Below the pieces are notes generated by a model that saw only the letters and a list, made by a program, of their open reading frames with translations, did no database searches and was not told the DNA's origin. 64,000 nt of DNA from Octopus vulgaris (lineage: Eukaryota): positions 119,536,001 to 119,600,000 of the forward strand of contig OX597815.1 in assembly GCA_951406725.2 (NCBI GenBank), written 5' to 3'. The translations under genes were made by a program, and so were the position numbers. Numbering within the stretch: position 1 is the first letter of the stretch; the number at the start of each line of letters is the position of its first letter. Below are positions 26,246-38,949 of this stretch, one piece after another.

Positions 26246-26269
26246 AATAATAATAATAATAATAATAAT

Positions 26270-26505
26270 GGTTTCAAATCTTAGCACAAGGCCAGCTGGT
26301 TTCGAACTTTGGCCAGCAATTTTGGAGGAGTAGGTAAGCTGAATACACTGACCCTTCATACTCAAATGGAACTTATTTTTATCAACTCTGAAAGGGGTGA
26401 AAGGCAAGGTTGATATTGGTGGAATTTGATCTCAAAATGTAAAACCAGAAGAAATGCTAAGCATTTTGTCTTGCATGCTAACATTTCTACTGGTTCACCG
26501 CCTTG
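26270..26505 (-). mobile_element. Family B SINE
   Basis: ggtttcaaatcttagcacaaggcc...ggttcaccgcctt. Confidence 0.8.
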
Positions 26506-27754
26506 ATGATGATAATAATATTACTACTACTAATAATAATCACAATAATACAAAACTCTACTTTTTGGCTGGTTCCATCCAGCTATAGTAGTGGCCATGA
26601 AAGCGCACTATTATGAAAGGAGTTTAAAACATGTTACAGGTTTTGGCAAATGTAAATCACACAGCTTTCTACATGTAAAACAGGTACACTAACCACCACA
26701 TCACAAAACATTACTATCATCATCTAAATCATGTACAGATATCCAACTATTTCCTGTTTCAGGATATCCTTTATTTTTCTAAATATCCCCGTAAGAGGTA
26801 TATCTATAGCTTCTCATCTCATTTGCCTAGCAGCAAAAAGACTTACAACTGCTCTACAGCATATACCTCTGAATTAAGATGTAGTCAAACACTTATCAGA
26901 ATCATTTCCTCTTCAAATTAAATATCAATAAAACATAAGAGCATAATTCCTTTTATCACAAGAATAAACTAAAATAAATAATAAAAAAAAATAGCTAATT
27001 GGATTATATTTCACTCCCACACACTACTCACTCACCCTCTTCTTTAACAATTAAGGTGGGGGAAAGTACATGACTGCTTACAATAATCTTGACAAGTCGC
27101 AAAGATTAAAGTGTTAACAAGCATTCAATCACAACTTTGATAAAAGTATTGTTTTAATAGCTAGATTTATTGACTTATAAGTTATGTTGCAGACAAATTA
27201 ACTACACTGATTTCACATGTAACTAAGATCTCTCTGGAACCTACACATTTCTCTTTATTTTATTCTATTTCATTTTTTTTTTTACAAACACCAATAAATA
27301 TGCTTAAAATCTGAGCAAATAAAAAAAAAATTACAAAAAAATTCATTTAAAATAAATGAAAAAGAAAAAAAGAAAATTCCCGAACATATTTCATAAATTA
27401 AGAGATTAGCAACACATTAATTAAGCAAGGAACTAGGAAATGGCAGATATTTACACCCTATCTATTGCCAATTTTCTCCACCACCCCTTTTATTAGATTC
27501 AGTTAAGTGTAGCCGCTAACTGGGCAATTTCATGCTCAGAGCTGTCATATAAATTCAGAAGAAAGAATAAAGACAAAGGATAAAGTCTATTTTATCCCAT
27601 TTAATTAAGACATCAAAGTTTGTTTACTATATAACATCCATGTTCCATGGTAGTATAGGTTGAACCCTCTCTCTTCCATCACAATGTGTGTGTGTGTGTG
27701 TGAATAAAAGAAAACCCAATGTCTTAATTATATATTTATACCAATGTATTGCAA

Positions 27755-27885
27755 GGTAGTTGGCATTAAGAAGGGCATCTAGCTGTAAAACCTATACCAA
27801 AACAGTGAAGCATGTTGCAGTCTTCTGGCTTGCCAGCTCCTGTCAAACCATCCAACTCATGCCAACATGAAAATGATAATGATGA
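27755..27885 (+). mobile_element. RTE-type 3' tail fragment
   Basis: gttggcattaagaagggcatctagctgtaaaacc...catgccaacatgaaa, matching 13280-13425. Confidence 0.75.
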
Positions 27886-28419
27886 CCTACATAATTAAGA
27901 CAACAAATTTGGAGGAATGAGTATATGCGATTGTGTTTACATAATAAACTTGGCTTTGGCTAGGACTCCAAGTTATAACTGAGGGTTTACTCAACTACTG
28001 GTTGAATAAGTCAACAGGCGAAATTCGAAGTCTCAGTCAAAACTAATTCTATAATAAATTTTACTCAACTCTTCCCACTGTCCTGCCATTAGTAAATGTG
28101 CAGTTATTTTTCTGATATTATTTTTTTTAAAAATTAACTACACAATCTACATGCACACAGCTTTTCTATATTTGTTACCATCATCTTATTTGAATGACTA
28201 TGAAAAATTACAAGCACACAATAAAGGACAGAAAATTATTTCTCTATCATAAGAAATGTATTTCTTGGTTTACTCCAAAACCATTTGGGTGTTATTGACC
28301 TCAGAGAACATACAGTTCTAACAACTAAAGGATCAGTTTGATTTAGTTGAGTCTAATATCAGAACTGGGTGTGCTCTATTTAGAGCATGCTCAGTTCTGA
28401 TATGTATCTGTATAAGTAA

Positions 28420-28680
28420 TGGGTAAAGACCCCCTTCGGTCATGAATGACCATGGGATTGCACTTAGAGAGTTCCCCTCCTAGGCACAAATCCAGGCAAG
28501 ATTGTTTATGCAGTTGCACATGCATACCAGCCTCCCAGCAGCTTGGCACCAGTGACATTGCAACTAATTTCTACAGCTGAGTGAACTGGAACAACGTGAA
28601 ATAAAGTGTCTTGCTCAAGAACCCAATACACAGCCTGGTCTAGAAATCAAACTCACTACCTCATGATTGAGCCATGTGCT
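28420..28680 (-). mobile_element. tRNA-derived SINE, family D
   Basis: ggaacaacgtgaaataaagtgtcttgctcaagaac core, shared with 33575-33660 (-) and 39357-39590 (+). Confidence 0.7.
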
Positions 28681-31049
28681 TTCACCATCTGTTTAAGTAT
28701 CATACATTTATTTATTTTTTTCTTTTTGTTCAGCTCTATGTCCATTTTTTGTGCTGACATAGGTTGGATGGATACTTATTCGAAGCAGTAATTTATTGCC
28801 AGATGCCCTTATGTTGCCAACCCTTACTCAATTTACAAGTTTTTTCTCTTTTTTTCTTTTTAATTATTTATTTATTATTCCCCTAAACTTCAAGCATGCA
28901 GAGGATACAGAACATAACATTCACCTGGAATGTAAAACACATTCATTTCTTTGCTCAAACAATCTTGTGCAGAAATGAAAATTTCACATGCACACACATC
29001 CACATTTTAATGGGTTTCTGTATAGTTTCTACTATAGTAGAAGACACATGCCCATGGTCTCACACAATTCAGAATAAACCATTTTGTAGTGTAGTTTGGA
29101 AATCTGTAGTGGTGGGGGAACACAGAGCATATAAATGAATTCAATGAAAGAAAATATTTCCAGGCTTTGTTCTACAATGTTGTTAACAGCAGAAGTATTT
29201 ACACAATGTTCATTATAGACTACAACGATTTAACGTAGCTTTTAAAATAGTCTCTTTAGAAAATACAAACAGTCATGTTAATGCATCTAAAGTCTTCTTG
29301 GTAGGTTTATTAGAATCTTAGCTTCAGTTTTATGATGGGAAATAGTCAAGAAATAAATTTCAATATGGTTAAAGCAGGATACAAACATATTACAGCTAAC
29401 ATGCCAATAGGTTTAGTACTGTATATGAAATTTAGAGTCCTTCCTTTGAGATATAACAAACTGCTCACAATGAAAATGAACTCAAGGCTTATGAGTTGCT
29501 AGTCTAATATATTATTCACTTGGCCATTTAACTTCAATGATGATGTGTAGGATTTATTTCTTACATATGTATATAACCAGTATAATTGAGCTCTGTCTTG
29601 ATGGGAAAGAACTCTAAGAGTTTGGACTTACAATAAATTCTTCAATTTGCAACATGAAACTTATAAGAGGAAACTGGGAATTAAAATAAAAAAAACCAGG
29701 AACTGTTTAGTTGAAATTTTATGAAATCATACAACCAAAACTTGCTAAAGCCATATGTTATATATTAATCAAGTTTGCACTATCTAGTAATGCTTCAGAA
29801 AACAGTAAATAAAACCAACATGATATTTTATTTTTACAATGAATTAAAGTTAAATACAGTTAAACAGTCAAGTTATTAAATCTAAGCTGTATGAAATATT
29901 TTCATTCATAATATAAATATCGAAAATTTAGATAAACTTCATGAACTAGATAATTTGTAACTTGATACATTGTAAAACATGAAAACTAATGCGATTGGTA
30001 TTTCATTTGGATTTCTGTATTATGGGAAACTAATCTCTTTTAGATGGTATACAAGTTTATAGCATAAATAGTCAAATAAATAGGGTACAGGACAATAAGC
30101 TGTGGAGTCAATAGTCCTTATTCTCTAACACTGCAAGTGTGATGTGTCAACAAACAAGACACTTAACAGCCCAGTCTACTTAGCTGTAACTAGGTAGAGT
30201 GTATAAGCTAGTTTTTCTAGTTTTTCAGTGCTGTCTTCAGCACGAGTTGAACACGGTATGGCAGTGTAACAAAATTATGAAAGGTACATTATGGGACACT
30301 TTCTTTTGTTAAGACTTCCTCTCACAGGTTGTCGAGTGTTGTCTGATTGATAGAAAATGTGATTCTTCCCCACTACGTCTATTACATCTCCTGTATAAAT
30401 AAACTGAGGCAAGAAGATTGCCTGGCAGTTATGTGTTATTTTAAGACAGAGATCTCTTATCTTAGTGTTTATAACAGTGCTTACATTGCTACAAGATTTG
30501 TCAAATTTAAAAACCATTAATCTGTTTAAGGCTGGGAACATTGATAAAATACAATATCAACTGTTTGAAAAGAAAATTAAATAAGACTGCCACAAAACCT
30601 TTAATCCTTAAGACTTATTTTGCACTTTTAGCTGTCATAGGATATCTTAACAGGTTTTAAGATATGTGACATGAATGAAAAAGCATTAAATAATCAAAGC
30701 TTTATCCAATTAGTCAGCTTACTTCTACAATTAATTAAGAATATACACTAATTGGTTGATGTATAGTTGATAAATTTACTATCTAATTAAGAAGATGGGA
30801 GAAAACAGTAACAAGAAACTTAACTTGGCAAGTCTATGATTTTGCTACATGGGGTTAGTTCTGGTCACCGACAGAGTAATGATCAAAACACCTCAATAGT
30901 TTAAGCCCTGATCACAAGATATCTCATAATAATTAAAATACTGATGGACGACCCTGATAAATGAGGTATTTTGAGTGAGAAAAATTCTTGCTGGCAGTGA
31001 ATCATAAGATATGTGATTAATAAAAATGATATTGGTTCATATATATATT

Positions 31050-31265
31050 TCATCATCATTTTAACACCCACTTTCCGCTGCCCGCATGGGGGAGTTGGAA
31101 TTTGTTGAGACAAATTTTCTATGGCCAAATACCTTTCTTGTTGTCAACCCTCATCTTTTCCCAAATAAGATTGGAACAGGACAGTACCATTTGTATGATG
31201 GTGGCACTTGTTTACAGCTATCATATAATTTTGAGATATAGACATAGACATAAGTGTGTGTGTGT
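31050..31265 (-). mobile_element. RTE-tailed SINE fragment
   Basis: catcatcattttaacacccactttcc...ttttctatggcc. Confidence 0.7.
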
Positions 31266-31356
31266 GTACATATTTATTTTTGGAACAGTAAACCTCGAAG
31301 TACATAATGCTACAAATGATAAAAAAATCAAAGGCTGCCTATGGGACTCAAACTGA

Positions 31357-31482
31357 CCTCTCCTTGATGGGTCTTGTGATGTTTTTGACACTAGTGTGCT
31401 GTCAAATCCAGGCGTTGGTTTTCTTGTCCCACAATATGATGCTGAGCATGATTTATTCTATTTCCTGTTGGGCTACAATGAG
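31357..31482 (-). pseudogene. Decayed RTE-clade LINE ORF fragment (a second RTE family)
   Basis: Minus-strand LIVAQQEIE*IMLSIILWDKKTNAWI*QHTSVKNITRPIKER resembles RTE L.V.QR.MER.MLGI.L.D...N.WIR..T.V.DI. Confidence 0.65.
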
Positions 31483-32524
31483 GGCGTTCACATGACAGCA
31501 GTGTTTCACTTCTGTATTTGTCAAACTTACTTTTATTTTACTGCTAGATCAGCAAAACCATATCTATTGTTTCTATTACAAAGTGTGTGTGTGTTCTTAT
31601 GTCAAATTATATATAAAAACAATTTAACATTAGGCTGAAGCATTACTCAATACTTTTATTGATGGAAATTTAATAAGACTAGAAAAGTGTGTACACGTGA
31701 TTTTGTTAAAATTTAGTTTTTGACACAAGAGTTTAGACAATTTATTCTGATAATAGGCTTTATGGGAAGAGTGGGGACATGGGGATAAAAATAGTATTTG
31801 TGTTACTCTGTTACTTCGGTTATTTGTTTAGCTTCCAATTTATGCACACTGCAGACTCAGTCTTAAACTAAAGTTTTACCTTCAATGAACAGCTCACAGA
31901 AACATATCAAATTGACTGAATTGTTTCACAGAAAGTCAAGGAATTTTTTTCAAATTACATACAAAACTAAGAAGTAAACTTAAAGCCATAACAATTACCA
32001 TTAAATCCGAAATAGCAGAAGTTTAGCTCAACAGTAAAAAAAGACCTGTTTCAAAAGGTAACTACTTTTTATTATTTTAAACAATTTTTACAGGTTTTAT
32101 AAAACTAACATAAATTGGTTAGTTGTGAATATTTAAATATTTGTTTGATTTAGGAAAGCAAGCATTTTATAACCAGATACCCAATCTAATGACAACCACT
32201 TAGTTCTATGGAATATATATTACAACAAATACTTTTGATGGAAAAATTTCAACCAGATTTGCTTATTTAATAGGATTTAGCCAAATTTTTCCTTCAAAAG
32301 GTAAATGTTTAGTTTATTCATGAATATGTGGAGAGGGGGCCAATCCAATAAAGTGAGATATTTTCTCTTGAATCTCATTTCTTATACATGTGATGTCCCC
32401 TAGTGGGCTATTAATACAAGGGAGATGTAATTATTTTTCCGTGATATTTGGCAGGATTCAAAGTTTTGAGTTTGAATTTGAAATTAATGAAGAAGGAAAA
32501 GATACTTAGAATACATTTTTTGTC

Positions 32525-32870
32525 CCTTCTTACTTTAGTTATTGGATTGTAGCCATGCTGTGGTATTGACAAGACATGTTTAGTCAAACAAATCGATCTC
32601 AGTACTAATTTTTATATCTGGTACTTATTTTATCCATCTCTATTGCCAAACCACTCAATCTAACATCAGTAGTCAAATGGTAGTGAGGGACAAAGACAAG
32701 CATATACATACACACATATACATGTTCCATCTACCAAATTCATTCACAAGGCATTGGTTAGTCTAGGACAATAATAGAAGATATTTGACCAAAGTGCTGT
32801 GCAGTGGGACTGAGCCCAAAAGCATGTGGTAGCAAAGCAAGCTACTTAACCACATAGCCATGCCTGCATC
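32525..32870 (-). mobile_element. Family A SINE (degenerate)
   Basis: agccatgctg...gcagtgggactgagccc...aaccacatagccatgcctgc. Confidence 0.85.
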
Positions 32871-33041
32871 TACACAAATATTTATCTATTTATTTGTACA
32901 ATTGCTTTGTATTTTTGAAGCCTTGAAAATATTTTTTTCAAAACCGTAGAATGAGGGAGGAATTGGTCACAAAAGTGAACACATCATCTGTCTGTCAATT
33001 AACAATGAACCAAGTGAGATAAAACAAACTCAGAAACTTAC

Positions 33042-33074
33042 TCAGTGAAGAAGAAATCAATTCCATTGTTGAAT
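33042..33074 (-). CDS. Candidate 33-nt internal exon of an unidentified minus-strand gene
   Basis: Minus strand tttctttttcttctcttttcatttcag|attcaacaatggaattgatttcttcttcactga|gtaagt; strong acceptor and donor, length divisible by 3, two open frames (STMELISSSL or FNNGIDFFFT). Confidence 0.55.
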
Positions 33075-33479
33075 CTGAAATGAAAAGAGAAGAAAAAGAA
33101 AACTATGTAAAATTGAAACAACAGAGAAAAATAAATTAATACCAGGTTTCATTAAAATTTCCAGAATGCAATTTGTTGAATGCAAATTATATCATACCCT
33201 TCCATGTAAATTTACTCCACCCTCACAATATATCTCATACATTAAACATGGTTTAAAAAAAATTTTTTTTTGTTTGATTTTATTCAAAAAGAAGTTTTCC
33301 TCTGTTTTTGCTTTTTTTTTTTAAATGATGGTTCAATTAATTAAACAGAAAATTAAGCTATCAACACCAATAGCCCTTAAAATTTGCTTACATTCTAAAA
33401 AATGTTACACAGCACTTATAATATAGATAGAATATATATCACTGCATTGGCCAGACTATAAGATGTGGTTGTATGCCAC

Positions 33480-33680
33480 TAGTCATAATGTGCTTCCCTG
33501 CATTTGTTGTAGTCTTCAAACGATGTCATCCCACTGGCTATGCAGGTAGGCCAACATTCTCCATTAAATGGGAGTAATGTGAAATGAAGTGTTTTGCTCA
33601 AGAACAGAACATTCTGCTGGTCTGTGAATTGAAACCATGATCTTGCAATCATGAATGCAACACCCTTATCACAAGTCTTC
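33480..33680 (-). mobile_element. Family D SINE (degenerate)
   Basis: gtgaaatgaagtgttttgctcaagaac...ttgaaaccatgatcttgcaatcatg. Confidence 0.65.
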
Positions 33681-34029
33681 AATATATATCAATAAAATTC
33701 TGAAGATACCAGTACAAGTTTAAGATATTTTTGTTAACATATGCAAATGGTATGTATATGCAAATGGTTGGAATATCAGTGAATTAAACAGCCAGTAACA
33801 AAAGTTTGACCAACAAAAAAAAGAAAAACAAAATTGTGTGGCACAAAAAATAACTTTGTTTACACCATTCTTTTAATTTCATACAAAAATTCAAGTATTT
33901 CACAGTACATTGAATTCAAAGTTTGTTCAAATAAACACACATAAATTTAGAATCATGAAGATCCACTTCATTGTTGCTCTCTGTGATTGCATTTCTATTA
34001 ATATTTCTCAATTTCTCAATATTTCTCTT

Positions 34030-34505
34030 GTATTTTGTACTTGGGTCATTCATTGGACAGTGGCCAAGCTGGGGCCCTGCCTTGAAGGGCCTTAGTCAAA
34101 CAGATCAACCCTAGAACTTGAGATCTCTTTTGCTGAACCATTAAATTATGAGGACATAAACAAGCCAATACTGATTGTCAGGAGGGACATGCACAAACAC
34201 ATGTATACACTCATATACATAATGACCTTCCATAGTTTATGCCTATCAAATTCATTCACAAAGCACTGGTCTACCGGGAAGATATTTGCCCATGGTGTCA
34301 TGCAGGACTTAAAAACCAAGAAGCTGATCCCAATATTCTTCTTGTTCCATGTTCAGACCAGCCAGATCTGGCCCCTCACACCTACTCTACAATATCATTC
34401 TAAAAATAAACAAATTTTAAAGCTACAAGATAATGCATGATTAATTCAAAGCAATGCGAATAAAGAATTACATTTGATAAAGTAAGCTGAATGCTAAAAG
34501 GTTAA
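34030..34505 (-). mobile_element. Family A SINE remnant adjoining a MITE family 2 copy (34330-34505)
   Basis: cattggacagtggccaagctgggg...; ccagccagatctggcccctcacacctac...atgctaaaaggttaa. Confidence 0.7.
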
Positions 34506-36807
34506 TCACACAGCTGTCCATGCCATAATACAACATACTGAACATATTCCACAGACACACATGCAACTAATATTGTAAAAGTTTTGGAAAACACCTTTGA
34601 AGAGATACTTTTATAAAGCTTTCATTCATTTCTGCATTTCTCAAAGTCTGTCTTTTTACCAGTACAGAACAGTTAGTTAATATCTTTCTATTGGGATAGT
34701 ACTGTTGCTGAGTAAACATTAAAGTGATGCATGTCAGTTAGTGTAATGTAATATACTGAAGTGCATATTTAGTTGACAGTAAAAATATCAATGGTTTTGG
34801 CAACTGATGTAATAGTGGCAGTGGCAAGCACTTGTGTGACAATGTGCAAAGTTGCTACAATGATAAAGGAAGCAAATTTATATCCATTTCAGTTTGTCTG
34901 GATGAAATAGAAGTGTTTGATAAATTTGATTAAAGGTTTAAACAAAGATGACTTTGCAGCAGGAGCCTGATTGCAACAATAAAATAAAGTGACACATTTA
35001 TAAGACTTGCCATTTTTACAGAGATATATGGTTTTAAATGTGGGGAGCTTATTAACATTCAGTTCTTTTTTTCACCTGTTCACTACGACTAATTTTTTTT
35101 TTTTTTTAAACCACTTGGAATTTTAAAACAAAGATCAATCAATTAGCTAATGAAGGAAATGCACACATGCAAATATTCTGTACAAGTTGTACTCTAAATT
35201 CATAATTCTGGTATGAATTAGGTTGGTTAATGGCTTAGCCAATCAATAAAGATAACTTATTTACCAGCTGGTTTACTAGATCTTGAATGAAACAGTTGGA
35301 AGAAGAGGACAGCTGAAGAATATCAGGAAAAATAATAAATAAAATAAAATAAAAAACCAATATTCTGTACAAGTTGTCATTCCACTGTTGACATTTGGCT
35401 AATGGCTTCCCCCCTTCCCTCGCCTCCATTATTCCCACCCCAACAATTTCAACAGCGTAGAAGACTATCTTTCACCCACAGACTGCTTTATAGCTATATT
35501 AATGAAGTTTAATCTTGGTTACCTTCTGAATTTGCATTTAAGCAGACTGTTGATAGAAAGGAGGAAAAAGAAAAGAGAAACCCATGAGACATTAACGAAC
35601 CACTGCTGGTTTTCTGCCTTTTCAAACTTCTAGTAAAGCAATGAAGGTATAATGCAATTCAAAGGTGCTAAAAACAAACATAAAATTAAAAATAAATTCA
35701 ATGGATGAAAATATAAGTTTGAGAAAAAAAAAGGGAATATCTATTGAAAAAAAAATCTTTTTCTATTTAAATACAGTTTTACAATTGTTGATAAGAGGCA
35801 CTGTGTAGAATTTCATTCATGATATTTGGTTAGTTAAGTAATCTAATACTTGAAAGCTCAGAACCATTATTTCAAAAGTAAAAATTCAATTATAAAAAGA
35901 AAAAAAAAACAGAGGAGACAAGTATTTGATGGTCCATAAAAAAAGGCACATTAAACCCCCCCCCAATTTTTTTTTAAATTCACTATATTATTACATGCTT
36001 TAATGCACTTGAAACATTTTTCGTGAATATGCACTGCTGAAACTGGGATGCAAGTGTCTCTCTATTATGCCATCAAGTATAGTAATGATATAGAGAATAA
36101 ATCTATGATTAGGCAACTGCCCCCTCTTTGGGCTACAGCAAAGCCACAGTCCTAAACAAGATAGATGTGAGAGGCAATTTATTTAATGTGCTTATCAAAT
36201 ATTCTTGTGTAGGTTACCAAGTATATGAAAGAGATAAAGCTGACTAATGAAACTTTAAAGTCACTGTCTAATTTTTTCTTATACAAATAAGTCTCATATT
36301 CTACCTATAGAGTACATTTTTAGCTAATACTGATTACTTTTCTGTATGATTATGCATAAAACACACACACACACACACACACACACAATGAAAATAATCT
36401 GTTGTATATTTGAGAGAGAGAGATGCATAGATCAGCAAATATATCTTTCTTTGTAATGTACTGCTATTATTTGATACCATTTTAATCCTTGGTATTATTT
36501 AAAATTCACTTCAGAATAAACATAAAAACATTTATGTTTACATTCTATGAATTTACAAAATTCCAAAGAAATGAAGTAGATTCTTTTTTCCTTTTCTTTT
36601 TTCTGGGGTGTAACTCAAAGCAGCTAAAGCTATAAACAATAGTGAGTAGAATATTGAATTAAAAAAACACAAAGGAGTTTTTTTTTTTTTCAAACTCCTT
36701 GGGCAGGAAAAAGTTAAAAGCTGCCCAAATCCTAAACTTTTATCTACTTCAAATTCCATTCTAAAACTGTGTGTGTGTGTGTGTGAGAGAGGGGGGGGGG
36801 GAGAGAG

Positions 36808-37016
36808 TTCAACCGCTAAAAGGCAAATTCACTGCAGTTGCAGTAGAAAATATTTCTCTTATGTACCTCCTATTGATAAAGGCTAACTAGCTTGAAACAT
36901 TGATGTCTGGGAGTCTTGATAGATAGCAACTAATGGAGTGTTTTCACACTTTTTTTACCATAAGAGAAATATTATCTCCATGGTAACTGCATTGAATTTG
37001 CCTTTTAGCAATTGAA
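36808..37016. mobile_element. Foldback/MITE with ~56-bp terminal inverted repeats
   Basis: ttcaaccgctaaaaggcaaattcactgcagtt..aatatttctcttatg pairs with cataagagaaatatt..aactgcattgaatttgccttttagcaattgaa. Confidence 0.8.
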
Positions 37017-37547
37017 ATATGTCAGAAAACGTATTTTAACTAACCTAAACTTTGCTTATGCCTAAACACTGCAAGGCGCTAATATTTTGTTATTTTTCAC
37101 AATCAGGCAATCCACCAACATAAATCAGTCAAAGAACTGAACACTTTACCATCAAAATTTCCGGGAATCCATTCCATAGCTTTTCCTTTTCTTTTTTTGG
37201 TAAAGACCTTTATGTAGTGATGACAGAGATTAGTGTAATATGAAGGAGAAAGATTTCATACAATAAGTAACTTTAGATAAATAAATAATAAAGAAAGAAA
37301 GAATATTATCTTTGGGAACATACGAAGAGAATGCAAATATAAAAATTTTAAATTGTATTTTGAATCCCGATAAATTTTTAAATGGACAATTTGAAACTAG
37401 TTGCTTTATGTGTGTCAGTTTGTTGATTTCAATCAAAACAAAAACATATTCAGTCAACAGACAAAGCAGTCTTGAAGTTTTTCTGTAACAACTCTGTTGC
37501 TTCAAATTCCATATTACAAAGGGTTAATTGCTTGTTGACTAACGAGT

Positions 37548-38228
37548 ACAAAGTTCAAAACTTCTTTGTTTAATTAATATCTGTTAAGTCTTGAGAATTG
37601 AAAATTCATTTTGCTTGTGTGGTACTTGAATTTCATTCAGAAGGACATAATGAACAGAAGGGAAATTAATATTACAAATACCAAATAGTACGTTTAGCTC
37701 TAAGTTAAATAATATAGTGGTTCCATATGAATTTACACAAGTGTCTTTACCTTTTACTTGTTTCAGTCATTAGACTGCAGCCATGCTGGGGCACCACCTT
37801 CAAGAATTTTAGTCAAACAAATTGATCCTAATAATATTTTTTCAAAGCCTGGTACTTATTTTATCAGTCCCATTTGCTGAACCACTAAGTTACAGAGACA
37901 TAAACACACATATATGATGGTCTTCTTTCAGTTTCCATCTACCAAATCCACTGACAAGGCTTTGGTTGGTTTGAGGCTATATTAGAAGACACTTGCCCAA
38001 GGTGCCATGTGTCTAGGAAGCAAGCTTCTTACCATACAGCCACCTAATGAATGCAAAGTTCAAAACTTCTTTGTTTAATAAATAGTACTGAAAAATGAAA
38101 ATGCATTTCGTTTGTGAGCTATTTTAATTTCATTTAAAAGGACATTATGAACATAAGACGAATTAATATTTTGAATACCTAATAGCTATAAGTTAACATA
38201 GTGGTCCCATGTCAACTTACATGGGTGT
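37548..38228. repeat. Diverged ~190-bp direct repeat (37548-37744, 38054-38228) flanking a SINE
   Basis: Both copies begin caaagttcaaaacttctttgtttaat and share aaggacat.atgaaca, aattaatatt and atagtggt.ccat. Confidence 0.85.
37745..38045 (-). mobile_element. Family A SINE
   Basis: ttttacttgtttcagtcatt...ttcttaccatacagccacct. Confidence 0.9.
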
Positions 38229-38425
38229 AGTTATGATTTCAACTGAAGGGAGTGGTTTCAATAATTAATATGAAATCCTCTAAATGCCATTCAATTTGGG
38301 GAAAATGCAAAATTAAAATTAAGTAATTATATTTGCATAAAATGGGAGTGGGGCATAAAAACCTGCTGAACTTCCCTACTGGTTATGAGACTGGCATATT
38401 TTGGCTGCCTCACTGGTTAAACTTC

Positions 38426-38626
38426 TTAACTCTTTAAGTATTCAGATTACTTTGGCAAATCTAATGCCTATTTATTTAGATTATTCTTAATCATGCATCA
38501 TCTCATAGCTTTGGGATATTGATGATGTGGTTGCTTTATATTTAGAATGACATTGTAAGAGAGGTGTGAGAGGCCAGATAAAAATAAAAAGTAACATTTA
38601 GCTGGTTTAAACATTAAAAGGTTTAA
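38426..38626 (+). mobile_element. MITE family 2 copy
   Basis: ttaactcttt..attcagattact...ggtgtgagaggccagat...aaaaggtttaa. Confidence 0.7.
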
Positions 38627-38949
38627 TTAACAGACAACTGGCACAAGATAACAAAAAATAAATAAGAGAAAATATTGCTTGCTTGGTAATTTTTAAAGTT
38701 ATTTTAATCAGTTTAATATATATTTCAAACAATAATTATAAATTCACAGTCTATCTTCATTCTTGAATAAGTTTAATAAATCTCTTGTTAATTAACTTCT
38801 TTTCAATTATGCCAGTAGCTTCTGAACAGAATTTGAAGTGGTTTTATCTCACTGAGTATTTAAGCAGTACCTTATCTGTTCAGAAATTGTTAGAGAGGTC
38901 TTAAAAAAATCAAAAACTCATTTCTGAGAAAATAAATGTAAATTTAACT

